This document shows, piece by piece, positions 20,645-29,843 of a stretch of DNA of 64,000 nt (position 1 is the stretch's first letter; each line of letters begins with the position of its first letter). The DNA is from Eubacteriales bacterium (GTDB lineage Bacteria > Bacillota > Clostridia > Oscillospirales > QAKW01). A model generated the notes under the pieces. The model was not told the DNA's origin, did no database searches, and saw only the letters and a list, made by a program, of their open reading frames with translations. Where the stretch lies: the NCBI GenBank assembly GCA_045593905.1, contig JAZNXL010000055.1:2-64001 (forward strand), written 5' to 3'. The position numbers and the translations under genes are program-made.

Positions 20645-21208
20645 CTAACTGTTATATTTTGATATAAGGTCTTTTATAGGCTTTGATAACAGTAAAAAGT
20701 ATGCGCCAACAACTGTTAAAACAAGCTCAGGCAACATATATGTTCCGTTGTACATTAATGAATAATAATAAACATTATCCCACTCACACCAAATATCAAA
20801 TATGATAACACCTGTTGTATAGTGGCAAACAAAACGTAAAAACACAGTTATTATAATGCCTACAAGCGACATGTATTTCGATTTTTTTGTAAACATACCA
20901 GAAAAACCGAGTAGGGTGTACGGCACAATGTAATCAAACATTATTGTGCCAATAAGCGCAAGGGGAGTAAGCCCCCAGCTTACAACGTTTGCAATTGAGA
21001 GCGCCATTTGTAAAAGTCCGTAAACAAACGAACAGCAAAGCCCCCATTTTACGCCAAAAATTATAGATAGCAAGCACACAGGCAGCATTGAAAGTAATGT
21101 AACAGAGCCGCCAAGTGGCATCTGCCAAATCTTTGTAACGCTTAAAACTGTTGCAAGTGCTATCATAATTGCCGAGATGGTTAGTTTTTTTGTGTCAATT
21201 CTTTTCAC
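20645..21208 (-). CDS. thiT: Energy-coupling factor S-component for thiamine
   Basis: MPLGGSVTL, DYIVP, RFVCH..G, YSLMYNGTY..PE; TPP riboswitch upstream. Confidence 0.92.
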   Translation of the reverse strand: MKRIDTKKLTISAIMIALATVLSVTKIWQMPLGGSVTLLSMLPVCLLSIIFGVKWGLCCSFVYGLLQMALSIANVVSWGLTPLALIGTIMFDYIVPYTLLGFSGMFTKKSKYMSLVGIIITVFLRFVCHYTTGVIIFDIWCEWDNVYYYSLMYNGTYMLPELVLTVVGAYFLLLSKPIKDLISKYNS

Positions 21209-21228
21209 GATTGACTCCTCCTTTAATA

Positions 21229-21259
21229 ATAAAAAATCTCCGCAAGTATGATGCGGAGA
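21229..21259 (-). terminator. Riboswitch-controlled terminator
   Basis: Minus strand tctccgca-tcatact-tgcggaga-tttttt between the aptamer and thiT. Confidence 0.8.
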
Positions 21260-21287
21260 CTCGTTATTTGAGTAACGTGAAAATACA

Positions 21288-21378
21288 CTATTTTCCTACG
21301 TCGGCATTATCCGCATCAGGTCACAGGTCGGAGCAAAAACGGCTCCCTCTCAGCCCGGCTTTACCGAGCTCCCTGAAT
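21288..21378 (-). ncRNA. TPP riboswitch
   Basis: Minus strand GGGAGC...GCTGAGAGG...GACC..ACCTGATGCGGATAATGCCGACGTAGGAA; promoter TTGACA-17-TACAAT at 21390-21418. Confidence 0.95.
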
Positions 21379-21421
21379 ATTGCTATTATATTGTATTGCA
21401 TTTAAGTGGCGTTGTCAACCA

Positions 21422-21733
21422 CTATTTTCCAAGCGCTCTTAAAATTTCGTCTTTTGTTCTGTAACCTACAATTTGGTCTACCATTTCGCCGTTTTTGATA
21501 ATTGCCAAAAACGGAATACTAACAATGTTAAACGCCATTGCAAGCTGTTGATTATTATCAACGTTGACCTTGCCAACCACAATGTCGGGGTTTTCTTTTG
21601 CAATTTCTTCAACAATAGGCGCTATCATTTTGCAAGGACCGCACCAATCGGCATAAAAGTCAACCAAAACAGTTTTATCACTGCCTAAAACTTCGCTTTC
21701 AAAGTTATCATTTGTAAAAATTTTAACTGACAT
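21422..21733 (-). CDS. trxA: Thioredoxin
   Basis: DFYADWCGPCK, SIP motif. Confidence 0.97.
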   Translation of the reverse strand: MSVKIFTNDNFESEVLGSDKTVLVDFYADWCGPCKMIAPIVEEIAKENPDIVVGKVNVDNNQQLAMAFNIVSIPFLAIIKNGEMVDQIVGYRTKDEILRALGK

Positions 21734-21843
21734 ATCAATTCTCCTTTCGTTTATGTTTATTATAACATAAAATAATTTTAATACAATATTTTATTTACTT
21801 TATATGCCCAAAGTTTTATAATAAATAAAAAAGGAGATACCCT

Positions 21844-22530
21844 ATGATTATAAACGGTTTTCAAAAATTAACATTACTTGACTTTCCATCAAAGGTCGCG
21901 TGTATCGTTTTTACACCTGGCTGCAACTTTAAATGCCCGTTTTGTCACAACGCTGCACTTGTAACACACATTAACCCTGGAGATAGAATGGATATAAACG
22001 ATATTCTATCTTATTTAAATAATAGGAAAGGTCTTTTAGAGGGCGTTAGTATTACAGGCGGCGAACCGCTTATGCAAAAAGGTATTAAAGATTTTATAAA
22101 ACAGGTTAAGGATATGGGTTATAGCGTTAAGGTTGACACAAACGGTACCTATCCCGAACTTTTAATTGAGCTTATAAACGAGAATCTTGTTGATTATGTT
22201 GCTATGGATATTAAGAACAACAAGCAAAATTACGCCAAAACAGCAGGCGTTGACAGTGTTGACCTTATCAATATTCAAAAGAGTATTTCATTTTTACTTG
22301 AGGGCAAGGTTGAGTACGAATTCAGAACAACTGTGGTTGATGGCTATCACACTGTTGATACAATTGCCGATATTGCCAATTGGATAAAAGGCGCTAAAAA
22401 ATATTACCTTCAAAACTTTAAAGATTCGGGCGATACAATACAAAAAAATCTAAAATCTATACCCCAAAATACCCTTTTAGAAATGCAAAAAGCAGCGCAA
22501 AACCGCTTGGTACCTACGTTTATAAGATGA
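21844..22530 (+). CDS. nrdG: Anaerobic ribonucleotide reductase activating enzyme (radical SAM)
   Basis: GCNFKCPFCHN, ITGGEP, DTNG, YEFRTT; adjacent to nrdD. Confidence 0.93.
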   Translation: MIINGFQKLTLLDFPSKVACIVFTPGCNFKCPFCHNAALVTHINPGDRMDINDILSYLNNRKGLLEGVSITGGEPLMQKGIKDFIKQVKDMGYSVKVDTNGTYPELLIELINENLVDYVAMDIKNNKQNYAKTAGVDSVDLINIQKSISFLLEGKVEYEFRTTVVDGYHTVDTIADIANWIKGAKKYYLQNFKDSGDTIQKNLKSIPQNTLLEMQKAAQNRLVPTFIR

Positions 22531-22551
22531 CTTGTGGTATATAAAAAATAA

Positions 22552-22639
22552 ACACAATATATTGTGAAAAAGTGCTTGACATACCACCATATATATCGTA
22601 TAATTGTACAGGCGTAGAAAATTAACACAATATATAGGA
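22552..22639 (+). promoter_or_regulatory. nrdD sigma-A promoter with NrdR boxes
   Basis: Consensus TTGACA(22576)-17-TATAAT(22599); NrdR-type boxes acacaatatattgtg (22552-22566) and acacaatatatagga (22625-22639). Confidence 0.88.
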
Positions 22640-22648
22640 GAGAAAGTT

Positions 22649-25018
22649 ATGTACAACGTAGTTAAAAGAGACGGAAAAATAGCGTCATTTGACCTATCAA
22701 AAATCAGTTCCGCAATTACACAAGCGTTTGAGGCTTGTAACAAACAGTACAATTCAAACATTATCGACTTTTTAGCGCTTAAAGTTACAGCAGAATTTGA
22801 GCCTAAAATCGAAAATCAGGCAATTTCAGTAGAAAACATTCAAGACAGCGTTGAGTCGGTTCTTATTAAGGCGGGTTATGACGATGTTGCCAAAGCATAC
22901 ATCATTTATCGCCGTCAAAGAGAAAAAGTTCGTAACCTTACAGCAACAATGGTTGACTATAAGGCTATTATCGACAACTACCTTAACGTTAGCGACTGGC
23001 GCGTTAAAGAAAACTCAACAGTAACATATTCAGTAGGCGGTCTTATCCTTAGCAACTCTGGTGCAGTTACCGCTAACTACTGGCTCTCTGAAATATACGA
23101 TGATGAAATCGGCAACGCTCACCGCAATGCTGATATTCATATTCATGACCTTTCAATGCTCACAGGCTACTGTGCAGGTTGGTCATTAAAACAACTTATT
23201 CAAGAAGGTCTTGGCGGTGTTCCGGGTAAAATCACATCAGCTCCCGCAGGCCACCTTTCAACTCTTTGCAACCAGATGGTAAATTTCCTTGGTATTATGC
23301 AAAACGAGTGGGCAGGCGCTCAGGCTTTCTCATCATTCGATACTTATCTTGCTCCCTTTGTAAAGGTAGATAACCTTACATACAAAGAGGTAAAACAGTG
23401 TATCCAAAGCTTTATTTACGGTGTAAATACTCCTTCAAGATGGGGTACACAGTCACCGTTTACCAACATTACACTTGACTGGACAGTTCCTGCTGACCTT
23501 GCTGAGCTTAACGCTATTGTTGGCGGCAAAGAAATGGACTTTAAGTATAAAGATTGTAAAAAAGAAATGGATATGGTTAACAAAGCCTTTATTGAAATTA
23601 TGGTTGAAGGCGATGCTAACGGCCGTGGCTTCCAGTATCCTATTCCTACCTATTCAATCACACGTGATTTTGACTGGTCAGAAACCGAGAACAACAAGCT
23701 TCTCTTTGAAATGACTGCAAAATACGGCACACCTTATTTCTCGAACTACATCAACTCAGATATGGAGCCGAGCGATGTTCGTTCAATGTGCTGCAGACTC
23801 CGCCTTGACCTTCGTGAGCTTCGCAAAAAATCAGGCGGCTTCTTTGGTAGCGGTGAGTCAACTGGTTCAGTTGGTGTTGTTACCATTAACTTGCCCCGTA
23901 TTGCGCATCTTGCAAAAGACGAGGCTGATTTCTATGCGCGTCTTGACAAAATGATGGATATTTCTGCACGTTCACTTCACGTTAAACGTACAGTTATTAC
24001 CAAGCTTCTTGATGCAGGTCTTTATCCTTACACCAAGAGATACCTTGGCACATTTAACAATCACTTTTCAACTATCGGTCTTGTTGGTATGAACGAGGTT
24101 GGTCTTAACGCTAACTGGCTCAAAGCTGATATGACCCACGAAAAGACACAACAGTTTGCAAAAGATGTTCTTAACCATATGAGAACAAGACTTTCAGACT
24201 ACCAAGAACAATACGGTGACCTTTACAACCTCGAGGCAACTCCTGCTGAGTCAACCGCATTCCGTCTTGCAAAACACGACCTTAAGCACTATCCCGGTAT
24301 CATTACTGCAGGTAGCTGCGACGGTCAGACACCTTACTATACAAACAGTTCACATCTTCCTGTTGGCTATACACACGATATCTTTACAGCTCTTGATATG
24401 CAAGATGAGTTACACACTCTTTACACATCAGGTACAGTATTCCATGCATTCCTTGGTGAAAAACTCCCTGATTGGCAATCGTGTGCTAAGCTTGTAAGAA
24501 AGATTGCCGAAAACTACAGACTTCCTTACTACTCAATCTCGCCCACATACTCAGTATGTAAAAACCACGGCTACATCGCAGGCGAAGCATTTACATGTCC
24601 GCAGTGTGGCGAAGAGGCAGAGGTTTACAGCCGTATCACAGGCTACTATCGTCCTGTTAAAAACTGGAACGACGGTAAAACACAAGAGTACAAAGACCGT
24701 AAGGTTTATGATGTTGCTAACTCAAAGTTCACACGCGACGAGGTAAAACCCCAGGCTTGTGAGTGTGGAGCACCTAAAACAACCGAGTTAAACGATGCTG
24801 TGTATCTCTTTACAACAGCAACCTGCCCCAACTGTAAAATAGCTTGCGCTGTTCTTGATAAAGCCGGCGTTTCATACCAAAAACTCCTTGCAAACGAACA
24901 CGCAGACCTTGTTGAACAGTTTGGTGTAAGACAGGCACCCACACTCGTTGTTGTAAAAGACGGCGTTGTATCAAAATTCACAGGTGTATCAGATATTAAA
25001 AAAATGCTTAATGTATAA
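22649..25018 (+). CDS. nrdD: Class III (anaerobic) ribonucleoside-triphosphate reductase with an N-terminal ATP cone and a C-terminal glutaredoxin-like domain
   Basis: VVKRDG ATP cone, HIHD, SMCCRL finger loop, EATPAES, CKNH..CPQC Zn site, RITGY glycyl-radical loop, then TCPNCK...QAPTLVV. Confidence 0.95.
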   Translation: MYNVVKRDGKIASFDLSKISSAITQAFEACNKQYNSNIIDFLALKVTAEFEPKIENQAISVENIQDSVESVLIKAGYDDVAKAYIIYRRQREKVRNLTATMVDYKAIIDNYLNVSDWRVKENSTVTYSVGGLILSNSGAVTANYWLSEIYDDEIGNAHRNADIHIHDLSMLTGYCAGWSLKQLIQEGLGGVPGKITSAPAGHLSTLCNQMVNFLGIMQNEWAGAQAFSSFDTYLAPFVKVDNLTYKEVKQCIQSFIYGVNTPSRWGTQSPFTNITLDWTVPADLAELNAIVGGKEMDFKYKDCKKEMDMVNKAFIEIMVEGDANGRGFQYPIPTYSITRDFDWSETENNKLLFEMTAKYGTPYFSNYINSDMEPSDVRSMCCRLRLDLRELRKKSGGFFGSGESTGSVGVVTINLPRIAHLAKDEADFYARLDKMMDISARSLHVKRTVITKLLDAGLYPYTKRYLGTFNNHFSTIGLVGMNEVGLNANWLKADMTHEKTQQFAKDVLNHMRTRLSDYQEQYGDLYNLEATPAESTAFRLAKHDLKHYPGIITAGSCDGQTPYYTNSSHLPVGYTHDIFTALDMQDELHTLYTSGTVFHAFLGEKLPDWQSCAKLVRKIAENYRLPYYSISPTYSVCKNHGYIAGEAFTCPQCGEEAEVYSRITGYYRPVKNWNDGKTQEYKDRKVYDVANSKFTRDEVKPQACECGAPKTTELNDAVYLFTTATCPNCKIACAVLDKAGVSYQKLLANEHADLVEQFGVRQAPTLVVVKDGVVSKFTGVSDIKKMLNV

Positions 25019-25037
25019 TTTAAGGGAAAAATAAAAA

Positions 25038-25943
25038 ATGTATGACATTATAATAATCGGCGGCGGCCCTGCTGGGCTGACCGCCGCCCTATATGCCCGT
25101 AGGGCTAATAAAACCGTTTTGGTTATTGAAAAGGGCTCATTTGGCGGACAAATAACATACTCGCCAAAGGTAGAAAATATTCCCGGCTTTACCGAGGTTA
25201 CAGGCAACGAATTTGCTGACAAACTCGTAGAACAAGTGCTTTATCAACAGGCTGATGTTGAGTGCGCCGAGGTTTTGAAAATTGTTGACGGACCTACAAA
25301 AACAGTTGTTACCGATTCGGGTGATTTTGAAGGTAAATCAGTTATTATTGCAACAGGTGCAAAGCATAGACTTTTAGGCCTTGAAAACGAACAAAATTTA
25401 ATAGGCGAGGGTATCTCGTTTTGCGCCGTTTGTGACGGTGCATTTTATGAGGGTAAAACCGTTGCTGTAATAGGCGGCGGTAACTCGGCACTTCAAGAAG
25501 CAATACTGCTTTCTGACCTTGCAAAAGAGGTTATTGTTATTCAAAATTTAAGCTTTTTCACAGGCGAACAAAAGCTTGTAGAAAAGCTTGAGTCAAAGTC
25601 TAATGTTAAAACAATACTTGATACCACCGTTGAAAAGCTTGTTGGTCAAAATGTTTTAGAGGGAATTATTGTTAAAAACACAAAAACAGCCGAGCAAACC
25701 GAAATAAAACTTGACGGTATGTTTGTTGCAATCGGACTTGTTCCTCAAAACGAAGTGTTTGCTGATGTTATTGCACTCGATGAGCGTGGCTATGTAAGCT
25801 CAAGTGAAGATTGTGTTACAAATGCAAACGGTATATTTGTAGCAGGTGACTGCCGCACAAAAACTATAAGACAGGTAGTAACCGCAGCATCAGACGGTGC
25901 AACAGCAGCTCTTGCAGCTTGTGATTATATCGACAATTTATAA
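25038..25943 (+). CDS. trxB: Thioredoxin-disulfide reductase family flavoprotein
   Basis: GGGPAG, ATGA, CAVCDG, GGGNSA, IFVAGD. Confidence 0.9.
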   Translation: MYDIIIIGGGPAGLTAALYARRANKTVLVIEKGSFGGQITYSPKVENIPGFTEVTGNEFADKLVEQVLYQQADVECAEVLKIVDGPTKTVVTDSGDFEGKSVIIATGAKHRLLGLENEQNLIGEGISFCAVCDGAFYEGKTVAVIGGGNSALQEAILLSDLAKEVIVIQNLSFFTGEQKLVEKLESKSNVKTILDTTVEKLVGQNVLEGIIVKNTKTAEQTEIKLDGMFVAIGLVPQNEVFADVIALDERGYVSSSEDCVTNANGIFVAGDCRTKTIRQVVTAASDGATAALAACDYIDNL

Positions 25944-25945
25944 GT

Positions 25946-25977
25946 AAAAAACACCTTTTACAAAAAAAGGTGTTTTT
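25946..25977 (+). terminator. Intrinsic terminator of nrdD-trxB
   Basis: aaaaacacctttt-acaa-aaaaggtgttttt. Confidence 0.75.
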
Positions 25978-26003
25978 ATTTTGTTAACAAAAATTCACTT
26001 TTA

Positions 26004-26032
26004 TTGACATTTAATTATAATTAATATAAAAT
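26004..26032 (+). promoter_or_regulatory. sigma-A promoter of the SPFH / P-type ATPase operon
   Basis: TTGACA-17-TAAAAT; the spacer contains the perfect palindrome TTAATTATAATTAA (26011-26024). Confidence 0.7.
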
Positions 26033-26062
26033 TATATATTATTAATTATATTGGAGAATTAT

Positions 26063-27826
26063 ATGCTAAAACAAAAAAACAACAATATATGCATCGGCAT
26101 AATCGTTGGTAATATAAGTTTTTATATTATCTCGGCGGTGTTTTTTGCAATGTATATTGTAAGCGATTATATCCCGTTTGTATTATTATCGGTTGCGGCA
26201 ATAACCCTTTCTGCGTTAATTACAATGCAAATGTTATTTAAACGTTCGCTTAAATTGAAACAAATAGGCGATAAACCGTTTTCTCAAAATAAGGTTGTTG
26301 CGTTTTTACAAAAAATAGCTGTGTTTATCGTTAAAGCATTTAATTGCGCAGTCGATTTTTATAATAAGCACAGGGTTGCAATTAAATTGATTGTTACTTT
26401 TGGTTTGTTTGTGGCTTTTCATGCTTTGTTCTTAAGGTTTTTAAGATATCTCACAACACCCGTTATTGCAATTTGGCAGCCTGTAGTAGTTGCGGTTTTG
26501 TTTATTATAACAATTGTTGTAGATAAAATTTGTTTTCATATTGAGCCACAAAGCGAGCTTTACGTTGCTGTTAACAAAAACATTCGTGTTTTTATAAAGT
26601 TTATTTACTTTTTGCTTGCTTTAACAATTGTTTTTACTGCATTAAATTCACTCGGTATTTGGAACGGTGATAATATATTAAAATACATAATTGCTATAGT
26701 GTTTTACTATATCAGTACTTTTGTAATTATTTCGTATATTGGTATTATAGTTAAAAAAATAGTTGATGATTATCCGCTTTTAGTAATACCTGTACCGTTT
26801 TTAAAAACTGATAAAGACGGCGTTTCGGTGCTTGATTATTTAGAACAAAACACAGGAGTTTCAATGCGTGGGCTGTGGAGTATGCGCTTTGTGAAACAAA
26901 TTGCACCTGTTACAGTTTTTGTTGTTGCAGTTTTATTATGGTTGTCAACAAGCATTGTACAAATCAACTCTAACAGCGAGGGCGCGGTATACAGGCTTGG
27001 CGTTTTACAAAAAAATACCTTGTCACCGGGTATACATTTGGTTTTGCCGTACCCCATTGATAATGTCGAGATTTACAACACCAAAACACTCAATACCATA
27101 ACAATAGGCTATAGCTCTAAAAAAACAGGCGATAACCTTTGGACAGGTTCGCACGGTGCGCAAGAGCATAAGCTATTGCTTGGTAGCGGTGATGAGCTTG
27201 TGTCAATAAATCTGCGGCTTGAGTATAGAATAAGCGATACAATTAAGTATCTTACAAGCACATCTTCACCGGTTAAGTTTTTGGAGGCACAGGCGTATGA
27301 CCTTGTCACCGATATGACAATAAACACCGACCTTACCGAGCTTTTGTCAACCGACCGTGATGCTTTTTCAAAAAGCTTTGAAAATCAACTTTCAAAAACA
27401 ATCAAGTCGTATGACCTTGGTATAGAGCTTGTGAACGTTGTTCTTGAAAGCATACACCCACCAATCGAGGTTGCCGGTATGTTCCAAAGCACAGTTAGTG
27501 CGCAAATTGAGGCTGAGCAAATTATAACCGAGGCACAGATGTTTGCCGAAGAAGTAATAGTAGGTGCCAAAGAAACAAGCAACGATGAAATTGCAACTGC
27601 AACTGAAGAATATTATACAAAACTAGCGGCTGCTCAAACCGAGGTCGCCGAGTTTATGGCAGGTGTCGAGGCGTATAACGCTTACTCGAAAGAATACAAG
27701 TATTATAAATACCTCAGTGCAGTATCAAAGGCCTATAACAACTCAAAACTTGTTATTGTTGGCAAGGGTATAGACAGTTCAAGAATATACTTCGGTAGTT
27801 TCTCTGCCGCCGAAGCAAAGGAGTAG
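26063..27826 (+). CDS. HflK-like SPFH protein with a large N-terminal multi-TM domain
   Basis: About 7 hydrophobic helices, then GAVYRLG..LSPGIHLVLPYPID, LLGSGDELV, GIELVNVVLESIHPP and an A/E-rich coiled coil; ATG 26063 behind GGAGA. Confidence 0.85.
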   Translation: MLKQKNNNICIGIIVGNISFYIISAVFFAMYIVSDYIPFVLLSVAAITLSALITMQMLFKRSLKLKQIGDKPFSQNKVVAFLQKIAVFIVKAFNCAVDFYNKHRVAIKLIVTFGLFVAFHALFLRFLRYLTTPVIAIWQPVVVAVLFIITIVVDKICFHIEPQSELYVAVNKNIRVFIKFIYFLLALTIVFTALNSLGIWNGDNILKYIIAIVFYYISTFVIISYIGIIVKKIVDDYPLLVIPVPFLKTDKDGVSVLDYLEQNTGVSMRGLWSMRFVKQIAPVTVFVVAVLLWLSTSIVQINSNSEGAVYRLGVLQKNTLSPGIHLVLPYPIDNVEIYNTKTLNTITIGYSSKKTGDNLWTGSHGAQEHKLLLGSGDELVSINLRLEYRISDTIKYLTSTSSPVKFLEAQAYDLVTDMTINTDLTELLSTDRDAFSKSFENQLSKTIKSYDLGIELVNVVLESIHPPIEVAGMFQSTVSAQIEAEQIITEAQMFAEEVIVGAKETSNDEIATATEEYYTKLAAAQTEVAEFMAGVEAYNAYSKEYKYYKYLSAVSKAYNNSKLVIVGKGIDSSRIYFGSFSAAEAKE

Positions 27827-27830
27827 TTTT

Positions 27831-28895
27831 ATGAAAAATATATTTAAAAAATCAATTGCCGGTGAACAGAAAACACTGTCGTTTAAATGGCTTAAAATAG
27901 CATTTTCAGCAATTGTTGCTATTATTCTCTTATATTTCATGTTTACCTGTGTAGTTCGCGAGGGTACAGGTGCAATAATTTTGCGCTTTGGTGCACCACG
28001 TGCTGAAATTACCGAAGCAGGTCTTTACTTAAAGTTGCCGTGGCCATTTGAAACAGTAGAAAAGTTTGAAAACCGTTTACAATACCTCGAATCAAATCAC
28101 CTTGAAACAACCACAAAAGATAATAGAAATATTATTTTACAGTCGTATGCTGTTTGGAAGGTAAAAGACCCGCTTTTATACTATAACAGTGTTGGTGTTA
28201 ACGGTAATATTGATTCGTTTATTAAAGACCAAATTTTTAGTGCAACCAATAGTGTTATGGGTGCTTATAACCTTAGCGACCTCGTTTCACTTGAAAAAGA
28301 GCAAATTAAAACCGAAGAAATTCAAGATAAGATTTTTAAAGAAGTAAAATCAACCTGCGAAAAGAACTATGGCATATATGTGTCTGATGTAAATATTCTT
28401 CGCATATCGCTTCCTCAAACAAACCTTGATAGTGTATTTTCACAAATGAACGCTGAAAGACAAAAGGATATTGACTCGATTTTAGCAAACGCAAGAAAAG
28501 ATGCCAATAAAATAAAAGCTGACGCCGACGCCGAGGCGGCAAAAATAATTGCCGACGGTCAGATTGAGGCTGCCGAAATAAAGGCTAAAACCGAAACTGA
28601 GGTTGCTCAAATTTATGCAAAAGCACAAGCTGCAAATGTTGAGCTTTATAAGTTTTTACAAGAACTCGATACAATTGTTGCATCGGTAAACAAAAATACA
28701 GTTTTAGTTGTAACTGCTGATTCATATCCTTTTAACGTGTTGCTCGATTATAGTAAAACTGTCAGCAACGGAACATCAAACGAGCTTATTCTTCAAGACC
28801 TGAACTATATAATGACTCAGTTACCCGAAGAAGATGCAAAAGCAGTTTCAAATTCACTTTTTGAGCTTCTTAGCACTCAGCAAGGAGTTGCATAA
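27831..28895 (+). CDS. HflC-like SPFH protein
   Basis: IILRFG...AGLYLKLPWP, WKVKDP, LP..N..SVFSQMNAER, AQIYAKA..ELYKFL. Confidence 0.87.
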   Translation: MKNIFKKSIAGEQKTLSFKWLKIAFSAIVAIILLYFMFTCVVREGTGAIILRFGAPRAEITEAGLYLKLPWPFETVEKFENRLQYLESNHLETTTKDNRNIILQSYAVWKVKDPLLYYNSVGVNGNIDSFIKDQIFSATNSVMGAYNLSDLVSLEKEQIKTEEIQDKIFKEVKSTCEKNYGIYVSDVNILRISLPQTNLDSVFSQMNAERQKDIDSILANARKDANKIKADADAEAAKIIADGQIEAAEIKAKTETEVAQIYAKAQAANVELYKFLQELDTIVASVNKNTVLVVTADSYPFNVLLDYSKTVSNGTSNELILQDLNYIMTQLPEEDAKAVSNSLFELLSTQQGVA

Positions 28896-29836
28896 TGAAA
28901 AGAAACGAAATTTTTAAAGACGTTTTAAACACAACTACAAAGCTGTTTGTTTTTGTTGTTATTATTATCGTCGCACTTTTTTGCCTTTCTGGCATAAGGT
29001 TTATAAAAAGCGGTAATGTTGCGCTTGTTCTTCGTTTTGGTAAGCTTGTTGGCTCTACTGCCGAAGAGCAAATTCATGATGCAGGTATCCTTTTAGCGTT
29101 TCCTTCAATCATTGACGAGGTTATAACCGTACCTACATCGAGCGTTATTGAACAAAAAATTCAAACCCACTATACCTCTGGTAAAATGGGCTCTGACCTT
29201 TCTAAAAACAAATATGTAATTACAGGTGATAATAATATTGCGGTTATTTCAGCTTCGCTTAAATACACCGTTACCGACCCTGTAGCCTATGCTCTTAAAA
29301 TCAAATCAATTGAGTCAATTATTGATGCAACAGTCAGCAACGCTATGGTAAAAACCTCTGCAAATATGTCAGTTGACGACATTTTAACATCGGGAAAAGA
29401 ACAGTTTGCAAAACAAGTTGTAAAATCTGCACAGTCAGAACTTGATAAAATTGAGGTCGGCGTAACAATTAAAACAATTGAACTTACATACGTGGGTATG
29501 CCAAAAGAGGTAAGAGAGCTTTACGAAGGCGTAAACGCCGCAACGGTTGAAGCAAACACTTTAATTGAAAAAGCAGAGCAACATAAACAAACTGTTATTC
29601 CTTCTGCTGAAGCGTCGGCAAGCAGAGAAATAACAGCAGCACAGTCAGAATACTCAAATGCAGTTGCAAACGCAAACTCTGCACTTTCAGAGTTTTGGGG
29701 CGTGCTTGATGAATATAAGCAAAACAAAAGTGTTGTTCGCACAAGAATATACAATAAAAAAGTCGCAGCGGCTATTGCAAAAATAGGCACAGTAAAAATT
29801 GTAACCGACGGAAACAGCAGCATAATAATAGATTAG
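28895..29836 (+). CDS. HflK-like SPFH protein
   Basis: ALVLRFGK, ITGDNNI, YTVTDP, PKEVR and a C-terminal coiled coil. Confidence 0.85.
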   Translation: MKRNEIFKDVLNTTTKLFVFVVIIIVALFCLSGIRFIKSGNVALVLRFGKLVGSTAEEQIHDAGILLAFPSIIDEVITVPTSSVIEQKIQTHYTSGKMGSDLSKNKYVITGDNNIAVISASLKYTVTDPVAYALKIKSIESIIDATVSNAMVKTSANMSVDDILTSGKEQFAKQVVKSAQSELDKIEVGVTIKTIELTYVGMPKEVRELYEGVNAATVEANTLIEKAEQHKQTVIPSAEASASREITAAQSEYSNAVANANSALSEFWGVLDEYKQNKSVVRTRIYNKKVAAAIAKIGTVKIVTDGNSSIIID

Positions 29837-29843
29837 GTGTAAT

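Noticed and set aside
22584-22598. Third NrdR box within the nrdD promoter spacer
   Set aside because: ccaccatatatatcg only partly matches the CwATATATwG core; left uncalled.
25979-26024. AT-rich palindromes upstream of the SPFH operon as Rex, Fur or Zur boxes
   Set aside because: Spacing does not fit Rex (TTGTGAA-N4-TTCACAA). The all-AT palindrome could arise by chance in this very AT-rich spacer, so no regulator was assigned.
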